From Polyangiaceae bacterium (GTDB lineage Bacteria; Myxococcota_A; Polyangia; Polyangiales; Polyangiaceae): a DNA stretch of 64,000 nt. The notes beneath the pieces were generated by a model that was given only the letters and a program-made list of their open reading frames with translations, was not told the origin of the DNA and did not search any database. The position numbers were made by a program, and so were the translations under genes. The stretch lies in the NCBI GenBank assembly GCA_965222375.1, contig CBDCTZ010000015.1, positions 160,001-224,000 on the forward strand, read 5' to 3'. Below are positions 1 to 10,093 of the stretch, in pieces (within the stretch, counting starts at the first letter, position 1; every line of letters begins with the position of its first letter).

Positions 1-1289
1 GCCTGGGCACGGCTTGGGTAACCTCTTTCGTCGGCTTGTCCCTCTCTCTCGGCGCTTTCCTCGCCGGGCTCGCCGTCAGCGAGAGCGAGTACAGCCACCA
101 GGCGCTGGCCGAGGCAATGCCCTTTCGGGATACATTTGGCAGCCTGTTCTTCCTGTCCATCGGCATGCTGATGGACGCTGGCTTCGTCCTGAAGAACCCA
201 GTCCTGGTGCTTGGAACGGTCGTGGTGATCATGGTCGTCAAGTTCGCCGCGGCTGCGCTTCCTTTGCTCGTGCTGGGGCACCCGTTGCGCGCCGGAGTGC
301 AGGCCGCGATGTCGCTGGCGCAGATCGGTGAATTCGCATTCGTGCTCGCCCAGTCCGGCGTCGCCCTCGGGCTGCTCAATCCTACCGAGTACCAAACCTT
401 CCTGGCCGCATCCGTCATCTCTCTGACCGTGACGCCAGGGCTGCTGAAGCTAGCGACCGTGCTGGCCCCCAAACTGTCAGCGGAAAGGCGCCTGGTGCCG
501 TGGAGTCGGGCTCCTGCCACGGCGGCGGATGACCACGCAGCAATGTCGAATCACGTGGTCATCGTCGGCTTCGGCATCAACGGCGAAAACCTGGCGCACG
601 CCTTGACGGCGGTGCAGATGCCCTTCGTCGTCGTCGAACTCAATCCCGAGACGGTGCGGCGCATTCGCGGCGGTGGCATTCCCGTCCTGTATGGCGATTC
701 GACTCGCTCCGAGATTTTGCATCTGGCGGGCATCCAGGATGCCCGGGCGCTCGTGATCGCCATCAGTGACGCCGCCGCGGTTCGTGCAACCGTGGGCCTG
801 GCGCGGCAGGAGTGTCCCAACCTGCACATCGTGGTGCGCACTCGCTTTGTGTCGGAAGTCGATGAGCTCAAGCGCCTGGGCGCCAATGAAGTCATTCCCG
901 AGGAGTTCGAAACCTCGATTGAGCTTTTTCGTCGGCTGCTGACTCACTTCGCGGTCCCACCGAATGCCATCCAACAGTTGACTGTATCGATTCGAGAGCG
1001 CTCCTACGGCTTCTTGCGCGCGGGCGATGTTGCCGAGGACACCTGGCGGCCGTCCAGTGAACGCATGCCCGTGGACGAGTTGCTGGTCGCGCCGGGCTCC
1101 CAGGTGGATGGGCGAAGCCTGGGCGAGCTCGACCTTCGGCGTCAGACTGGGCTCTTCGTCGTCGCGGTCCGCCGCGGAGATAGCACGATTGCCTCCCCCC
1201 AAGCAGACTTCGTGCTCTTGGCGGGAGACGCGGCTGTCGTCGTAGGTGACGTGGTGAAAGCCAGGTCGCACTTTGCGGCGCCAGATTGA
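1..1289 (+). CDS. CPA2-family cation:proton antiporter (Kef-like) with TrkA-N and TrkA-C domains; 5'-partial
   Basis: LGAFLAGL and QIGEFAFV transmembrane motifs, Rossmann-like VVIVGFGING and YGDST, C-terminal RCK-C (GRSLGELDLR); ORF open at the window edge. Confidence 0.9.
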   Translation, partial: LGTAWVTSFVGLSLSLGAFLAGLAVSESEYSHQALAEAMPFRDTFGSLFFLSIGMLMDAGFVLKNPVLVLGTVVVIMVVKFAAAALPLLVLGHPLRAGVQAAMSLAQIGEFAFVLAQSGVALGLLNPTEYQTFLAASVISLTVTPGLLKLATVLAPKLSAERRLVPWSRAPATAADDHAAMSNHVVIVGFGINGENLAHALTAVQMPFVVVELNPETVRRIRGGGIPVLYGDSTRSEILHLAGIQDARALVIAISDAAAVRATVGLARQECPNLHIVVRTRFVSEVDELKRLGANEVIPEEFETSIELFRRLLTHFAVPPNAIQQLTVSIRERSYGFLRAGDVAEDTWRPSSERMPVDELLVAPGSQVDGRSLGELDLRRQTGLFVVAVRRGDSTIASPQADFVLLAGDAAVVVGDVVKARSHFAAPD

Positions 1290-1353
1290 CCGGCTCGGCG
1301 CCGGGCCCTCGTCACGGCGCGAAGCGTGCACGCGAACTTCAAGCCCCGTGCTG

Positions 1354-1512
1354 ATGGGCGTAGTCTTTGACGCTCTACAAGGCGGCATCATCGAGCACGC
1401 CACCTTCAACTTGCCTTTCGCCGTTATCGTGGACTCGAGCTAGCACGTGTTCGTGGAGGGCTCGCTGGCCGGTCTCGCTCTTGGTCTGATTCACCGTCGT
1501 TGGGCGCCCTAG
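1354..1512 (+). pseudogene. membrane-protein gene fragment with internal TAG
   Basis: Translates MGVVFDALQGGIIEHATFNLPFAVIVDSS*HVFVEGSLAGLALGLIHRRWAP*; protein-like on both sides of the stop. Confidence 0.4.
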
Positions 1513-1596
1513 CGCGGCGGACGCGAATCGGCATCTTGGATCAACCGAACGACCTAGCGCGGCGGACGCGAATCGGCATCTTGGATCAACCGAACG
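1508..1596. repeat. 45-bp-period tandem duplication (two identical 44-bp copies)
   Basis: cctagcgcggcggacgcgaatcggcatcttggatcaaccgaacg at 1508 and 1553; second copy ends in hairpin aaccga-acg-tcggtt. Confidence 0.95.
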
Positions 1597-1603
1597 TCGG
1601 TTT

Positions 1604-2335
1604 TCAGCGCTCGCCCGTCAGCGTACGCACCCGCTTGGCCAGCGGGCTGTCCGGGTAGCTCCGAAGAAAACGTCGCCCCAACGCTTTCGCACGGGACGTT
1701 TGCTGCAAGCGCGTCAACGCTTCGACCCGAAGTACCATCGCCTCCTGCGCAAAGAACTGGCGTCGATGCTTGGCATCGTAGCTATCGAGCTCGCGCAACA
1801 CCCCGGCCGCGTTCCCATTCGCCAGCATTCGACGCGCGCTGTCGATCACCAAGCGCTGCTCGCGCAAGGACGTCGGCGTCGCCGCGCCATGGCTTGGGCT
1901 GGGAGCGACAGCGACAGCTGCCGCTTGAGCGCCCACTCCGGCGTGCGGTGTCTCTGGATCCGGCGTCGCCCTTTGCGCAGGCGCGGTAGGCGCAGTCGGG
2001 ATGACCCGCGTCGCGGTCGGCGCGGTTGCGGTGTGGCGAACAGCCATCGTCGGCGCTTCGGTCGTGGATGCTTCCTGAGCGTCGTTGAGCACGACCACGC
2101 CGCCCGACGCGACCCCGCCAAGCAAAGCACCTGCCGCAGTCCACTTTGCAAGCAACAACACCGTGCCCGCTGACGCCGCGCTGTGCCCAGCATGGGCTGC
2201 GGTGGCCGCAAGAGCGGCGCCAGCCAAAGCTCGCTTCTTGGAGGCCCGGCTGGGCGCATCGCGCTTGAGGGACCCGAGCAGGGCTCGACCCACTGGGCTG
2301 CCCTTGGATTCGAGTAGGCGATCCGGGTCGTTCAT
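1604..2335 (-). CDS. putative membrane-anchored anti-sigma factor with C-terminal TPR-like domain
   Basis: Overlaps the ECF sigma stop (ATGA); one TM segment, Pro/Ala linker, helical C-terminus ending FLRSYPDSPLAKR. Confidence 0.7.
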   Translation of the reverse strand: MNDPDRLLESKGSPVGRALLGSLKRDAPSRASKKRALAGAALAATAAHAGHSAASAGTVLLLAKWTAAGALLGGVASGGVVVLNDAQEASTTEAPTMAVRHTATAPTATRVIPTAPTAPAQRATPDPETPHAGVGAQAAAVAVAPSPSHGAATPTSLREQRLVIDSARRMLANGNAAGVLRELDSYDAKHRRQFFAQEAMVLRVEALTRLQQTSRAKALGRRFLRSYPDSPLAKRVRTLTGER

Positions 2336-2904
2336 GACTTGCCCTCCGAGAATCGCACCCGCGCCTCCAGACGCGCGAGGCGAGCACTGAATTCTTTGCG
2401 AGCCCGGCGCAGCCTCGAGGCGACTGTACCTTGGGGAATCGATAGCAGCTCGGCGATCTCTGGCGTCGTAAGTTCCTCGACCTCGAATAGCACGAACACC
2501 GAAGTGAGTTCGAGAGGCATGGCGCGCAGCATTTCCTCGGCAAGCTCGCGAGTATGCGCCCGCTCTGCCGCCGCTTCGGGCGTGGGTCCGAGGTCGATCA
2601 GCTCGACGTCCGTATCTTCGGTCCTGCGCTTGGCGTAGCGTTCACGGATGCGCCGGCTGACGCGGTAGGCAGTACCCATTAGGAATGCCCGCTCGCTGTG
2701 AGGCTCGATGTGATCGAGCTTCTGTGCCGTGATCAGAAGCACCTCCTGCAGAGCTTCATCCACATCCGGCTCGGACAAGCCCAGATGCCGGATGAAACGC
2801 CAGACTTCCGCGTGATGGCTCTCCACCATCGCCTCAAGGCGATCCCGCGCTGAGGTTTCGATAGGCATCGGCGGCGCGCGCATCGATATCACCTGGAGAA
2901 GCAT
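2332..2904 (-). CDS. ECF-family RNA polymerase sigma factor
   Basis: Region 2 (DVDEALQEVLL) and region 4 (EIAELLSIPQGTVASRLRRAR); start uncertain. Confidence 0.92.
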   Translation of the reverse strand: MLLQVISMRAPPMPIETSARDRLEAMVESHHAEVWRFIRHLGLSEPDVDEALQEVLLITAQKLDHIEPHSERAFLMGTAYRVSRRIRERYAKRRTEDTDVELIDLGPTPEAAAERAHTRELAEEMLRAMPLELTSVFVLFEVEELTTPEIAELLSIPQGTVASRLRRARKEFSARLARLEARVRFSEGKS

Positions 2905-2938
2905 GGCTGGGTACGATCCGCTCAGGCCCAGGAATCGA

Positions 2939-3991
2939 TCACGGAAAATGCCAGCCGGCGGAGACCAGGCCACCGCCGCTCACCGCTGGGACCGCATGCA
3001 CAACCTGGAAAGGGCGGCGAAAGACGAAGCGATCTCGCTGTAGATTGGCATGTAGATAACTAGAACCATTGATGAAAAACGCTTGCGCGGGGCGCCATCG
3101 CAGGTGGCCGGCTCCCCCAAGAGCCAGCCAGGGCCCGGTTTGGGTTTCTGAGTCCACTACGCCTACGCCCTGCCCCCGGAGGAAGCCAAAGTCGGCCTGG
3201 GCACAGGGGGAGAGCTCTACGCCGTCGGTGAGTTCAAACACGAGGGGGCAGGCATCGAGCCGCACTGCAAACCAGGTGTAGCGCGAGGCATCGGCGTCCG
3301 GACCGAGCAGCCCTGTACGCGCCGTTAGAACCGAGACGCCACCACCAAACTTGTAACCGTCGCCTTCCAGGTCGAAGCGGGAGCCGAGTCCCACGCCGAA
3401 TACCGCCACCGGCGCGACCCCTGCCGAGACGAACGCGACGGGGCCGAGCCCGCCTGATAGCTTGATGGGCCGCGCCGACACAGACGGCGGCGGCGGACGA
3501 TAGGGCAGCGGAGGCGCAGATGCCGGAGGCGGGTTGGCCGGGATTGGAGCCGGGGGAGGCGGTAGCGGCCCCGACGCTGGCACCGGATCGCCGCTCGCCC
3601 CAGGGTCCGTCGGCGCCCGAAGCGCAGCCTCCGGGTCAACCGCCACCGCCAAGATCACGGCCAGAGCTCGTACGACTTCTGCGCAGTCCTTGTCGGACAG
3701 AGTCCGCTCCGCGCCACCTTGCTGTGAGAGACGCCCGTCGAAACCGGCGGGGCTCGAGACGACCTCCACGACGAACGCACGGTCGTGCTCACCATCGACG
3801 AAGCGGGCCAGACGCGTGCGCGCGGTGACGTTGCGTTCGAACTCGCTCCGGGGCGGGCAGCTCGCGGGAACGCTGTATTCCAGCTGGATTCGCTCTTGTC
3901 CGACCTCCGTCTGAGCGCCAGCGCTACGCGCCCCAGTGCTCAGTAGACCCAGCGCAACCAGCGCGAAGGTCGAACGAATGAAGCGAATCAT
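2939..3991 (-). CDS. secreted protein with Pro linker and probable C-terminal beta-barrel
   Basis: Signal peptide, CPPRSEF...CAEVVRALA N-domain, amphipathic strands ending GWHFP. Confidence 0.7.
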   Translation of the reverse strand: MIRFIRSTFALVALGLLSTGARSAGAQTEVGQERIQLEYSVPASCPPRSEFERNVTARTRLARFVDGEHDRAFVVEVVSSPAGFDGRLSQQGGAERTLSDKDCAEVVRALAVILAVAVDPEAALRAPTDPGASGDPVPASGPLPPPPAPIPANPPPASAPPLPYRPPPPSVSARPIKLSGGLGPVAFVSAGVAPVAVFGVGLGSRFDLEGDGYKFGGGVSVLTARTGLLGPDADASRYTWFAVRLDACPLVFELTDGVELSPCAQADFGFLRGQGVGVVDSETQTGPWLALGGAGHLRWRPAQAFFINGSSYLHANLQRDRFVFRRPFQVVHAVPAVSGGGLVSAGWHFP

Positions 3992-4139
3992 TGTCGCGGC
4001 GTGCCCCTAAAACACCGCGCAGGGTTGCACCCTGGCCGCCGAGAGTCCAAAAAAAACCTGAGCCGGCAGTCGGCAGAACTTTTCGAGATCAGATCCCAGT
4101 GCTGGGCGGATAGTCGGGCGAGCTTGGGAGGTCGGATCG

Positions 4140-5633
4140 ATGGCTTATCGCAGATTCTTAGTTGTCGGCTTGGGTTTGACGCTCGCTGCGTGTGGCGGCA
4201 AGGACCGCGTGATCGGCAGCGGCACGCCTTCAGGCGGCGCTAGCGGTAGTGCCGGGACTACAGGTACCGGCGGCAGCGCGGGCATCGGCGGTTCAACGGG
4301 TGGAAGCTCCGGCAGCGGAGCCACAGGCGGCGTGAGCGCCACAGGTGGTGTCGGCGGCATCGGTGGCGTGGGCGGCGGAGCGGGCGGCCCAACCGCATGC
4401 AGTCAAATGACCGAATCGGGTCCGCCCGTGCGCATCGACGGCAAGCCTCTCGAACACGAGACGCAACCCCAGCTACTTCGACCGCGAACTAGCGTCGACC
4501 CGGTCACGTTGACTTACTCGACCCTCGCAGCCGAGGGGCCGAAGCAGGTCGTGCCCAGTGTCAGCCACGCAACCCTCGACCCACTCCAGGCGTGGCCCAA
4601 AGAGTTCTTCGGTACTGGCTACCTCGCCATGCAGGACGGCGGCTTCGACTTCGTCGCAGCGTCCGGCATCGGGCAGCAGTTCGCGGTGCTCGGGCGCAAG
4701 GAAGCTCCAGCCTCCACCGGCCCAATGCTGTCGGGTGATCTAAATCCGAACAAAGACAACACCATGCCGGCCGCGTTCGTGGGGCCCATGGTGGGCACCC
4801 CGACCATGGCGGCCCCAGTCCGCTTCGTCACTGAAGGTAGCCTGGGCGCCACGGTATCCGAGTACCTGCTCGGCTACGAGTGGCCCGTGCCCAACCAGCT
4901 CATACTGAGTCGGGCGATCTGGAAGATCGGGGGCAGCGTGACCTCGGATCACCTCGGCACCTTAGGCTGTGCTACTGCACCCGTTTTCGCCGACGCGTTC
5001 TACTCGACGCAGCACGGCTTCGTCGTCGCGCTGACCACGAGTCGCCCACCAATGACCTGTGGGCTCGACCTGTACGCAGATGGCCCCCCCACGCGGGTTC
5101 AAGTCTTCCGCATCCCCACTCAGGGACAGCCCATCGTCACCGCGGAGTTCTCGTCGTCATTGCCCATCGACAAGTTCTTCCTCTCGCCCACCGCAGACGG
5201 CGGCGCCTGGATCACTTGGCAGGGCACGGGAGGCGCGAAGCTCGACTCCCTGCACGCCGCGCGCATCGACGCCAGCGGCGCCGCGCTGACCAAGGAATTG
5301 ACTCTGACCGACGTCGAGGTCGCCTTCCCGCCCATTGCTGCAACAGCCCTGGGCAACAGCTTGGCCGTAGCGTGGACGGACGCTTTCGACCCGTCGGCTC
5401 CGAGCATCGCCATCAAGGTCTTCGACGAAAAGACCCTCGGCAACACTCCGACCCATATCTTCACGCCCAAGCCCTGGTTTTCCATCGGCGACGGATTGTC
5501 CATCACCGGCTCCTACGCGGGCGACCAGCTCTATGTCAGTTGGAGCAGCCCGGTGAAGGAACCTCTGGGCCCTGGTAGCACCGCGGCCATCAAGCGCCTC
5601 TTCACCAATCGCCTGGACTGCAAAACGAATTGA
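4140..5633 (+). CDS. hypothetical lipoprotein, Gly-rich linker
   Basis: Lipobox LAAC, G/S/T linker, long ORF. Confidence 0.75.
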   Translation: MAYRRFLVVGLGLTLAACGGKDRVIGSGTPSGGASGSAGTTGTGGSAGIGGSTGGSSGSGATGGVSATGGVGGIGGVGGGAGGPTACSQMTESGPPVRIDGKPLEHETQPQLLRPRTSVDPVTLTYSTLAAEGPKQVVPSVSHATLDPLQAWPKEFFGTGYLAMQDGGFDFVAASGIGQQFAVLGRKEAPASTGPMLSGDLNPNKDNTMPAAFVGPMVGTPTMAAPVRFVTEGSLGATVSEYLLGYEWPVPNQLILSRAIWKIGGSVTSDHLGTLGCATAPVFADAFYSTQHGFVVALTTSRPPMTCGLDLYADGPPTRVQVFRIPTQGQPIVTAEFSSSLPIDKFFLSPTADGGAWITWQGTGGAKLDSLHAARIDASGAALTKELTLTDVEVAFPPIAATALGNSLAVAWTDAFDPSAPSIAIKVFDEKTLGNTPTHIFTPKPWFSIGDGLSITGSYAGDQLYVSWSSPVKEPLGPGSTAAIKRLFTNRLDCKTN

Positions 5634-5698
5634 CCGAGTCCACCGCTGCGAACAACGGCGCGAACTTGGCCTAGCCAGCGTCGAGTTCTGCAACGCGA

Positions 5699-5723
5699 GT
5701 CCCCACCCTGGCTCGGTGGGGAC
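5699..5723 (+). terminator. GC-rich hairpin, possible terminator
   Basis: gtccccacc-N7-ggtggggac perfect 9-bp stem after the 5633 stop; weak U tract. Confidence 0.4.
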
Positions 5724-5761
5724 CGTTCTCTGGCACACTAGTTGCTGACCACCCACGACAA

Positions 5762-7420
5762 ATGGCCCGAACACGTGCGCTGCATCGCCCACACGCTCAC
5801 TGGTGGTACTCCTTCGCACTCGGACTGGGTGCTATCGTCGCCTGTGGTTCCACCGACGGCGACACAGGCTCGGGCAGTGATAGCAGCATCGATGCAGCAA
5901 GTGGCGGCGCGGGAGCCGCAGGTGATGACGCGGGCAGCACCGCTCCGGACGCCACGCCGTCGGCGTGCGGCAACGGAGTCGTCGAAGTAGGCGAGCAATG
6001 CGATCAAGACGACATGTACGGCAAATCGTGCGCTGAATTGGGATTCGAGAAGGGGACGCTCACCTGCAATGCATACTGCGGCTTCGATACATCAGAATGC
6101 CAGCTTTGCGGTGATGGCACACTGAGCGGTGACGAGGAATGCGAGGGCAGCGATGTAGGCGGGAAGACCTGCGAAAGCCTCGGCGCAACTGGAGGAAAGC
6201 CAAGTTGCGTCAATTGCAAGGTTGATCTGTCCGGCTGCCACACCTGCGGCGATCAGGTTTGTGACAAGCTCAAAGGTGAAAACAGCCTTGGGTGCTGGAA
6301 TGACTGCGGTTGGCAGGCGGGGTTCAAGGAGATTGCTGCCGGGGGCAGCTACAGTTGTGCGCTGCGCGCAGACGGCACCGTGTGGTGCTGGGGAAGTGGC
6401 GGCGGCGTGGGCGGTGCGGGCCCTGTCACGACGATACCGACCAAGGTGCCTATCGCAGACGTAGTCCAAATCTCCGTAGCAGCAGACGTTGGATGCGCGC
6501 TCAAGAAGAACGAAACTGTGTGGTGTTGGGGAGCCAACGGAGTCGGTCAACTCGGGCTCGGCTATGATGACGACGCCTGGCACGCCACCCCAGCACAGGT
6601 CAAAGCCCTGTCCAGCGTACGCTCGATCTCCACGAGCGCATCATTGAATTGCGCAACCAAGACAGACAACACCGTTTGGTGCTGGGGAGACGACACCGAC
6701 TGGCAACTCGGAAAGAACGGAAAAGACGCCTGCCCAAATCGATGCTCCACCACGCCGCTGCAGATCCAGGGGCTCTCCGCTTCGGTTCACGCGGTCGCTG
6801 GAACTTCCCGGGCTTGCGCCATCAACCAGGACGGCAGCGTGGAATGTTGGGGTAGTAGATTTTTGGGCACAGGCGATCTCATCTCGAGCACCGCGCCGCG
6901 AAAAGTCAAGCACCTCACGTCGACGGTTCAACTAGCTAGTTGGGCGGCAACCTGCGCACTGGCGGGTGAGGGTACCGTCCGCTGTTGGGGTTTGAACAAC
7001 GGTGGCTACTTGGGCAGTGGCCTGGGCAACCCCGGAGGCTGCATCAATGGCTTCACATGTGCTTCGGAGCCAGTGCTCGTTCCCGCCCTGTCCTCGGTGC
7101 TGTCCATCTCGCCTAGCTGCGCTCTCAAACAGGACGGGACAGTCTGGTGTTGGGGCGTCAACCAAAGTGGACAATTGGGAATTGGGACGAACAAGGGACC
7201 CGAGACTTGCGTGGGCCCTTTTGCCGATTGCAGTTCCAAACCCGTCGCCGTCAAGCAGCTGCCGCCAGCCGCGCGCATCGCCAGCGGCTACTACCATGCA
7301 TGCGCTATCGTCGACGGCGGAGATGCCTGGTGCTGGGGGGCAAACCACAAAGGGCAGCTCGGGATTGGCAGCCTGAAGGACAGCCACTTGCCGAAGAAAG
7401 TGGTCATGCCCGTAAACTAG
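5762..7420 (+). CDS. lipoprotein with Myxococcales Cys-rich repeats and RCC1-like beta-propeller
   Basis: Lipobox IVAC, CGNGVVEVGEQCD repeats, repeated CAL..DGTVWCWG.N..GQLG. Confidence 0.9.
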   Translation: MARTRALHRPHAHWWYSFALGLGAIVACGSTDGDTGSGSDSSIDAASGGAGAAGDDAGSTAPDATPSACGNGVVEVGEQCDQDDMYGKSCAELGFEKGTLTCNAYCGFDTSECQLCGDGTLSGDEECEGSDVGGKTCESLGATGGKPSCVNCKVDLSGCHTCGDQVCDKLKGENSLGCWNDCGWQAGFKEIAAGGSYSCALRADGTVWCWGSGGGVGGAGPVTTIPTKVPIADVVQISVAADVGCALKKNETVWCWGANGVGQLGLGYDDDAWHATPAQVKALSSVRSISTSASLNCATKTDNTVWCWGDDTDWQLGKNGKDACPNRCSTTPLQIQGLSASVHAVAGTSRACAINQDGSVECWGSRFLGTGDLISSTAPRKVKHLTSTVQLASWAATCALAGEGTVRCWGLNNGGYLGSGLGNPGGCINGFTCASEPVLVPALSSVLSISPSCALKQDGTVWCWGVNQSGQLGIGTNKGPETCVGPFADCSSKPVAVKQLPPAARIASGYYHACAIVDGGDAWCWGANHKGQLGIGSLKDSHLPKKVVMPVN

Positions 7421-7481
7421 CCCGTGGTTCAGGTTCGCCACTCGCCATGGAGGTCCGGCGCCGACGGCAGCAACCCCGACC

Positions 7482-8171
7482 TCAAGGCTTGACAATTTGA
7501 GTGCCCGCAGGCGGCTTGAAGCGGAATTCCTTCCTCGAGACCTTCATGTTGATCTTGGGACGGACGAAGGTGAAGCGGTTGCGGTTGCCCTGGGCATCCA
7601 AGAGCAGCACGCGACGCACCTGGTAGGTGTTCGCGTCCACATAGAGCAGCATTTTCGAGTAAGCCGGAGTAGGCTTCTTGGGGATGCCTTCGAGAACGTA
7701 GCCACCTTCGAAGCGCAGCTGGCGAGAGTTGAGCTTACGCAGCTTGAACTCTTTGCGCAGATTGCCGCCGCCCACCAAGAACGCCAGCGCCGCCGGATAC
7801 TGGCTCTTGCGCATGGACTGTTCGTACATCTGCTTGTTGTCGGACTCGTAGACCTTGATCTTCTTGCCGTCACTCACGACGCGATTGCCGTTGTTGGAAT
7901 AACGCCAGCTCATCTTGCCGGGCTTCTTGAAGACGACGGTGCCCTTGCTGTCTTTGGTCTTGTTGTAAGCCTTGACGCGGTAGCGCTGCTTGAAGCCCGC
8001 CTTGAAGGTCTTGCTCTTGTCATAAAAGCGCTGCACGCCGTCCGCGACGGCATTGGCGCTGATGTTCTTGGGAGCGGCCTTCTTGGCCTGGGCTTCGGCG
8101 TGCATGGGCAGCGCCGCGATGGGGGCTGCAACGCCAACGAGAACCGAGAGAACTGCGTGTTTGAACTTCAT
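7482..8171 (-). CDS. lolA: outer-membrane lipoprotein carrier protein LolA
   Basis: Signal peptide; FKAGFKQ, KKPGKMSWRY, VVSDGK, DAQGNRNRF, FKPPAG motifs. Confidence 0.88.
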   Translation of the reverse strand: MKFKHAVLSVLVGVAAPIAALPMHAEAQAKKAAPKNISANAVADGVQRFYDKSKTFKAGFKQRYRVKAYNKTKDSKGTVVFKKPGKMSWRYSNNGNRVVSDGKKIKVYESDNKQMYEQSMRKSQYPAALAFLVGGGNLRKEFKLRKLNSRQLRFEGGYVLEGIPKKPTPAYSKMLLYVDANTYQVRRVLLLDAQGNRNRFTFVRPKINMKVSRKEFRFKPPAGTQIVKP

Positions 8172-8407
8172 GACGATTCCTCTGAGAACGAGAACGCGGG
8201 ACAGGCGGTTTGGCTTGCACTGCTGTTCACATTCGGACAGACGGCTGAGTCGGGCGAAAGATTCGCAGAAAACTGCACAAAATCCAGGGATTTTCGCCTT
8301 TTACGTTTGTGTCAGCGGCGGCATTTCCTATGTGAGGAAGCATCTCTGCAGAAATCTGCCCCAGCCACGAAAAAGCCCGGGGATCTTCAATACATACGGC
8401 CGCAAAT

Positions 8408-8983
8408 CTAGCGCGTCGACGATGACCGTCGCGGACTGCGCCGACGTCGCTTGGTCATGAGGCTCTTGGCCAGCGCGGGTGGAATCGACTTTTGCCGCAG
8501 CCGCTCCTCGATGGGTCCCAGCCGCAGGTGGGTGACCGCCAGAGCCAGAGCGTCCGAGGCGTCCTCAGGAGGCAGCTCCGAAAGCGACAACAAACCGCGA
8601 ATCATCATGGCCACCTGGTGCTTGGCCGCTTGGCCACCGCCAGTGATCGTACGCTTCACTTTTGCCGGCGCGTATTCCGCCACGCGTACGTTCGCACGCG
8701 CCAGCGCCAGCAGCACGACGCCGCGAGCATGCCCGAGCTTCGCTGCGGCTTGCGCGTCCTTGTGAAAGAACAGGCTCTCCACCGCGCCCACATCGGGCGC
8801 GTGCGCCGCAATGATGTCCCTCAACTTCGCATCAATCACCGTGAGCCGCTCAGCCAGTGGCTGCTTTCCATTCAGCCCAATCACGCCGTGTGCCACGTGG
8901 GTCAGTCGGTTCCCGGACCGCGAAACCACACCCCACCCGAGCCTCCGAGTGCCGGGGTCGATGCCGAGAGCGAGCATATCCAT
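8408..8983 (-). CDS. ruvC: Holliday junction resolvase RuvC
   Basis: LGIDPG, AVESLF, KLGHARG, EYAPAKVK, DASDALALA; start trimmed relative to the ORF track. Confidence 0.95.
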   Translation of the reverse strand: MDMLALGIDPGTRRLGWGVVSRSGNRLTHVAHGVIGLNGKQPLAERLTVIDAKLRDIIAAHAPDVGAVESLFFHKDAQAAAKLGHARGVVLLALARANVRVAEYAPAKVKRTITGGGQAAKHQVAMMIRGLLSLSELPPEDASDALALAVTHLRLGPIEERLRQKSIPPALAKSLMTKRRRRSPRRSSSTR

Positions 8984-9043
8984 CAGTACCAGGGTTCTGT
9001 CCCCATGGAAAGAACGCCGCTGCCACGACGGTTTCCTTCGCGG

Positions 9044-9095
9044 GTTTGTTGGTTGGGGGGTCGCATCCCTGGGCCAGAACGGGGCCCTACTCTCG
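9044..9095 (+). repeat. dispersed bipartite intergenic motif, copy A
   Basis: GTTTGTTGGTTGGGGGGTCG-N24-TACTCTC. Confidence 0.7.
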
Positions 9096-9953
9096 CCCTG
9101 CCCCACGCGATAGCGAAGGCACGCAGAGGTGCCTTGCCGCTCGCCGGCGATGGCTCTAGGGCGAAGCCGCGCCGACTTCCAGGCGTACCGCCGCGCCCTT
9201 TTTCGCGGCCGCCACGACCTTCGGCGCGGCTTGGGACCAGCTGGCATCCACGGGCATTGTCACCGTAGCGGCCGCAGTCCCCCGCAACCCCAGAAGGACA
9301 GACGTGGTCACCACTCCTCGAAAGCGGCCAAAGTGCGGCCATACCCAGGCTTCGACAACCGGCCGTCGCAGATTGCAGTCGCAACCCAAGAGCGCTTTCG
9401 GCACCCCCTCCCACAGACGCCGACTCTGGGCGTCACGATCCGCGGACGGGTTCGTGTCACACCCCAACCCAGGCAGGGCGAGCCATGCCGCTGCTAGCCA
9501 TCCAGATCCCGCGGCACGCTTGCAACGTGGCCCAGGCACCAAGCACGCGTGCAACATCGTCTGGCAGTCTAGCCGTATCTCGAGACGGGCGCGACGGGGT
9601 GTCCGATTCTCTCTAGTGTGGAAGAGTTACGCGGGAGCTAGGTTCTCGACGTGGCGAAAGGCACCGTGGGCACGCGTGGCGCGAGACTGCTGCTCGGTGC
9701 GTTGATGTGGACGGCGATTGGCGCCCTCGCGTTCGCGGGGTGTAGGGCCGGGTCTATTCGGGGTTCACGGACGCCCAGGCCTGCTACACGGCTGCACGAA
9801 CATTGGCGTGCTCGCACCCAAGCTTCAGCGCCGGCTCGAAGAGTGTCAGGGGCTCGCCTGCAACCTCGCACCAAATTGCATCACCAAGGTGCTCGCTGAG
9901 GCGAAGAACCGCTGCGGCAGTGCGGCCCATCGCACCCCCGCGGGTGACGCCAC

Positions 9954-10022
9954 CATGCATGGCGTCGCTCGAGAGTAATGGCCCTTGGCCGCCAAGAGAT
10001 ACGACCCCAAACACCCCCAAAC
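9954..10022 (-). repeat. dispersed bipartite intergenic motif, copy B
   Basis: minus strand GTTTGGGGGTGTTTGGGGTCG-N24-TACTCTC-N7-GCCATGCATG. Confidence 0.7.
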
Positions 10023-10093
10023 GGGCTCGCTCGGTTCAACGACGACAGCGGGCTCCGCTAGTAGTCTGAGAACTCGCTCGACGGGCTACCCGC

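Noticed and set aside
1441..1443. Pyrrolysine or amber read-through at in-frame TAG codons (also 51750)
   Set aside because: Both lie in short relic fragments; simple nonsense mutations are more parsimonious.
1508..1596. Possible mini-CRISPR
   Set aside because: Two abutting copies with no spacer, and no cas genes in the window.
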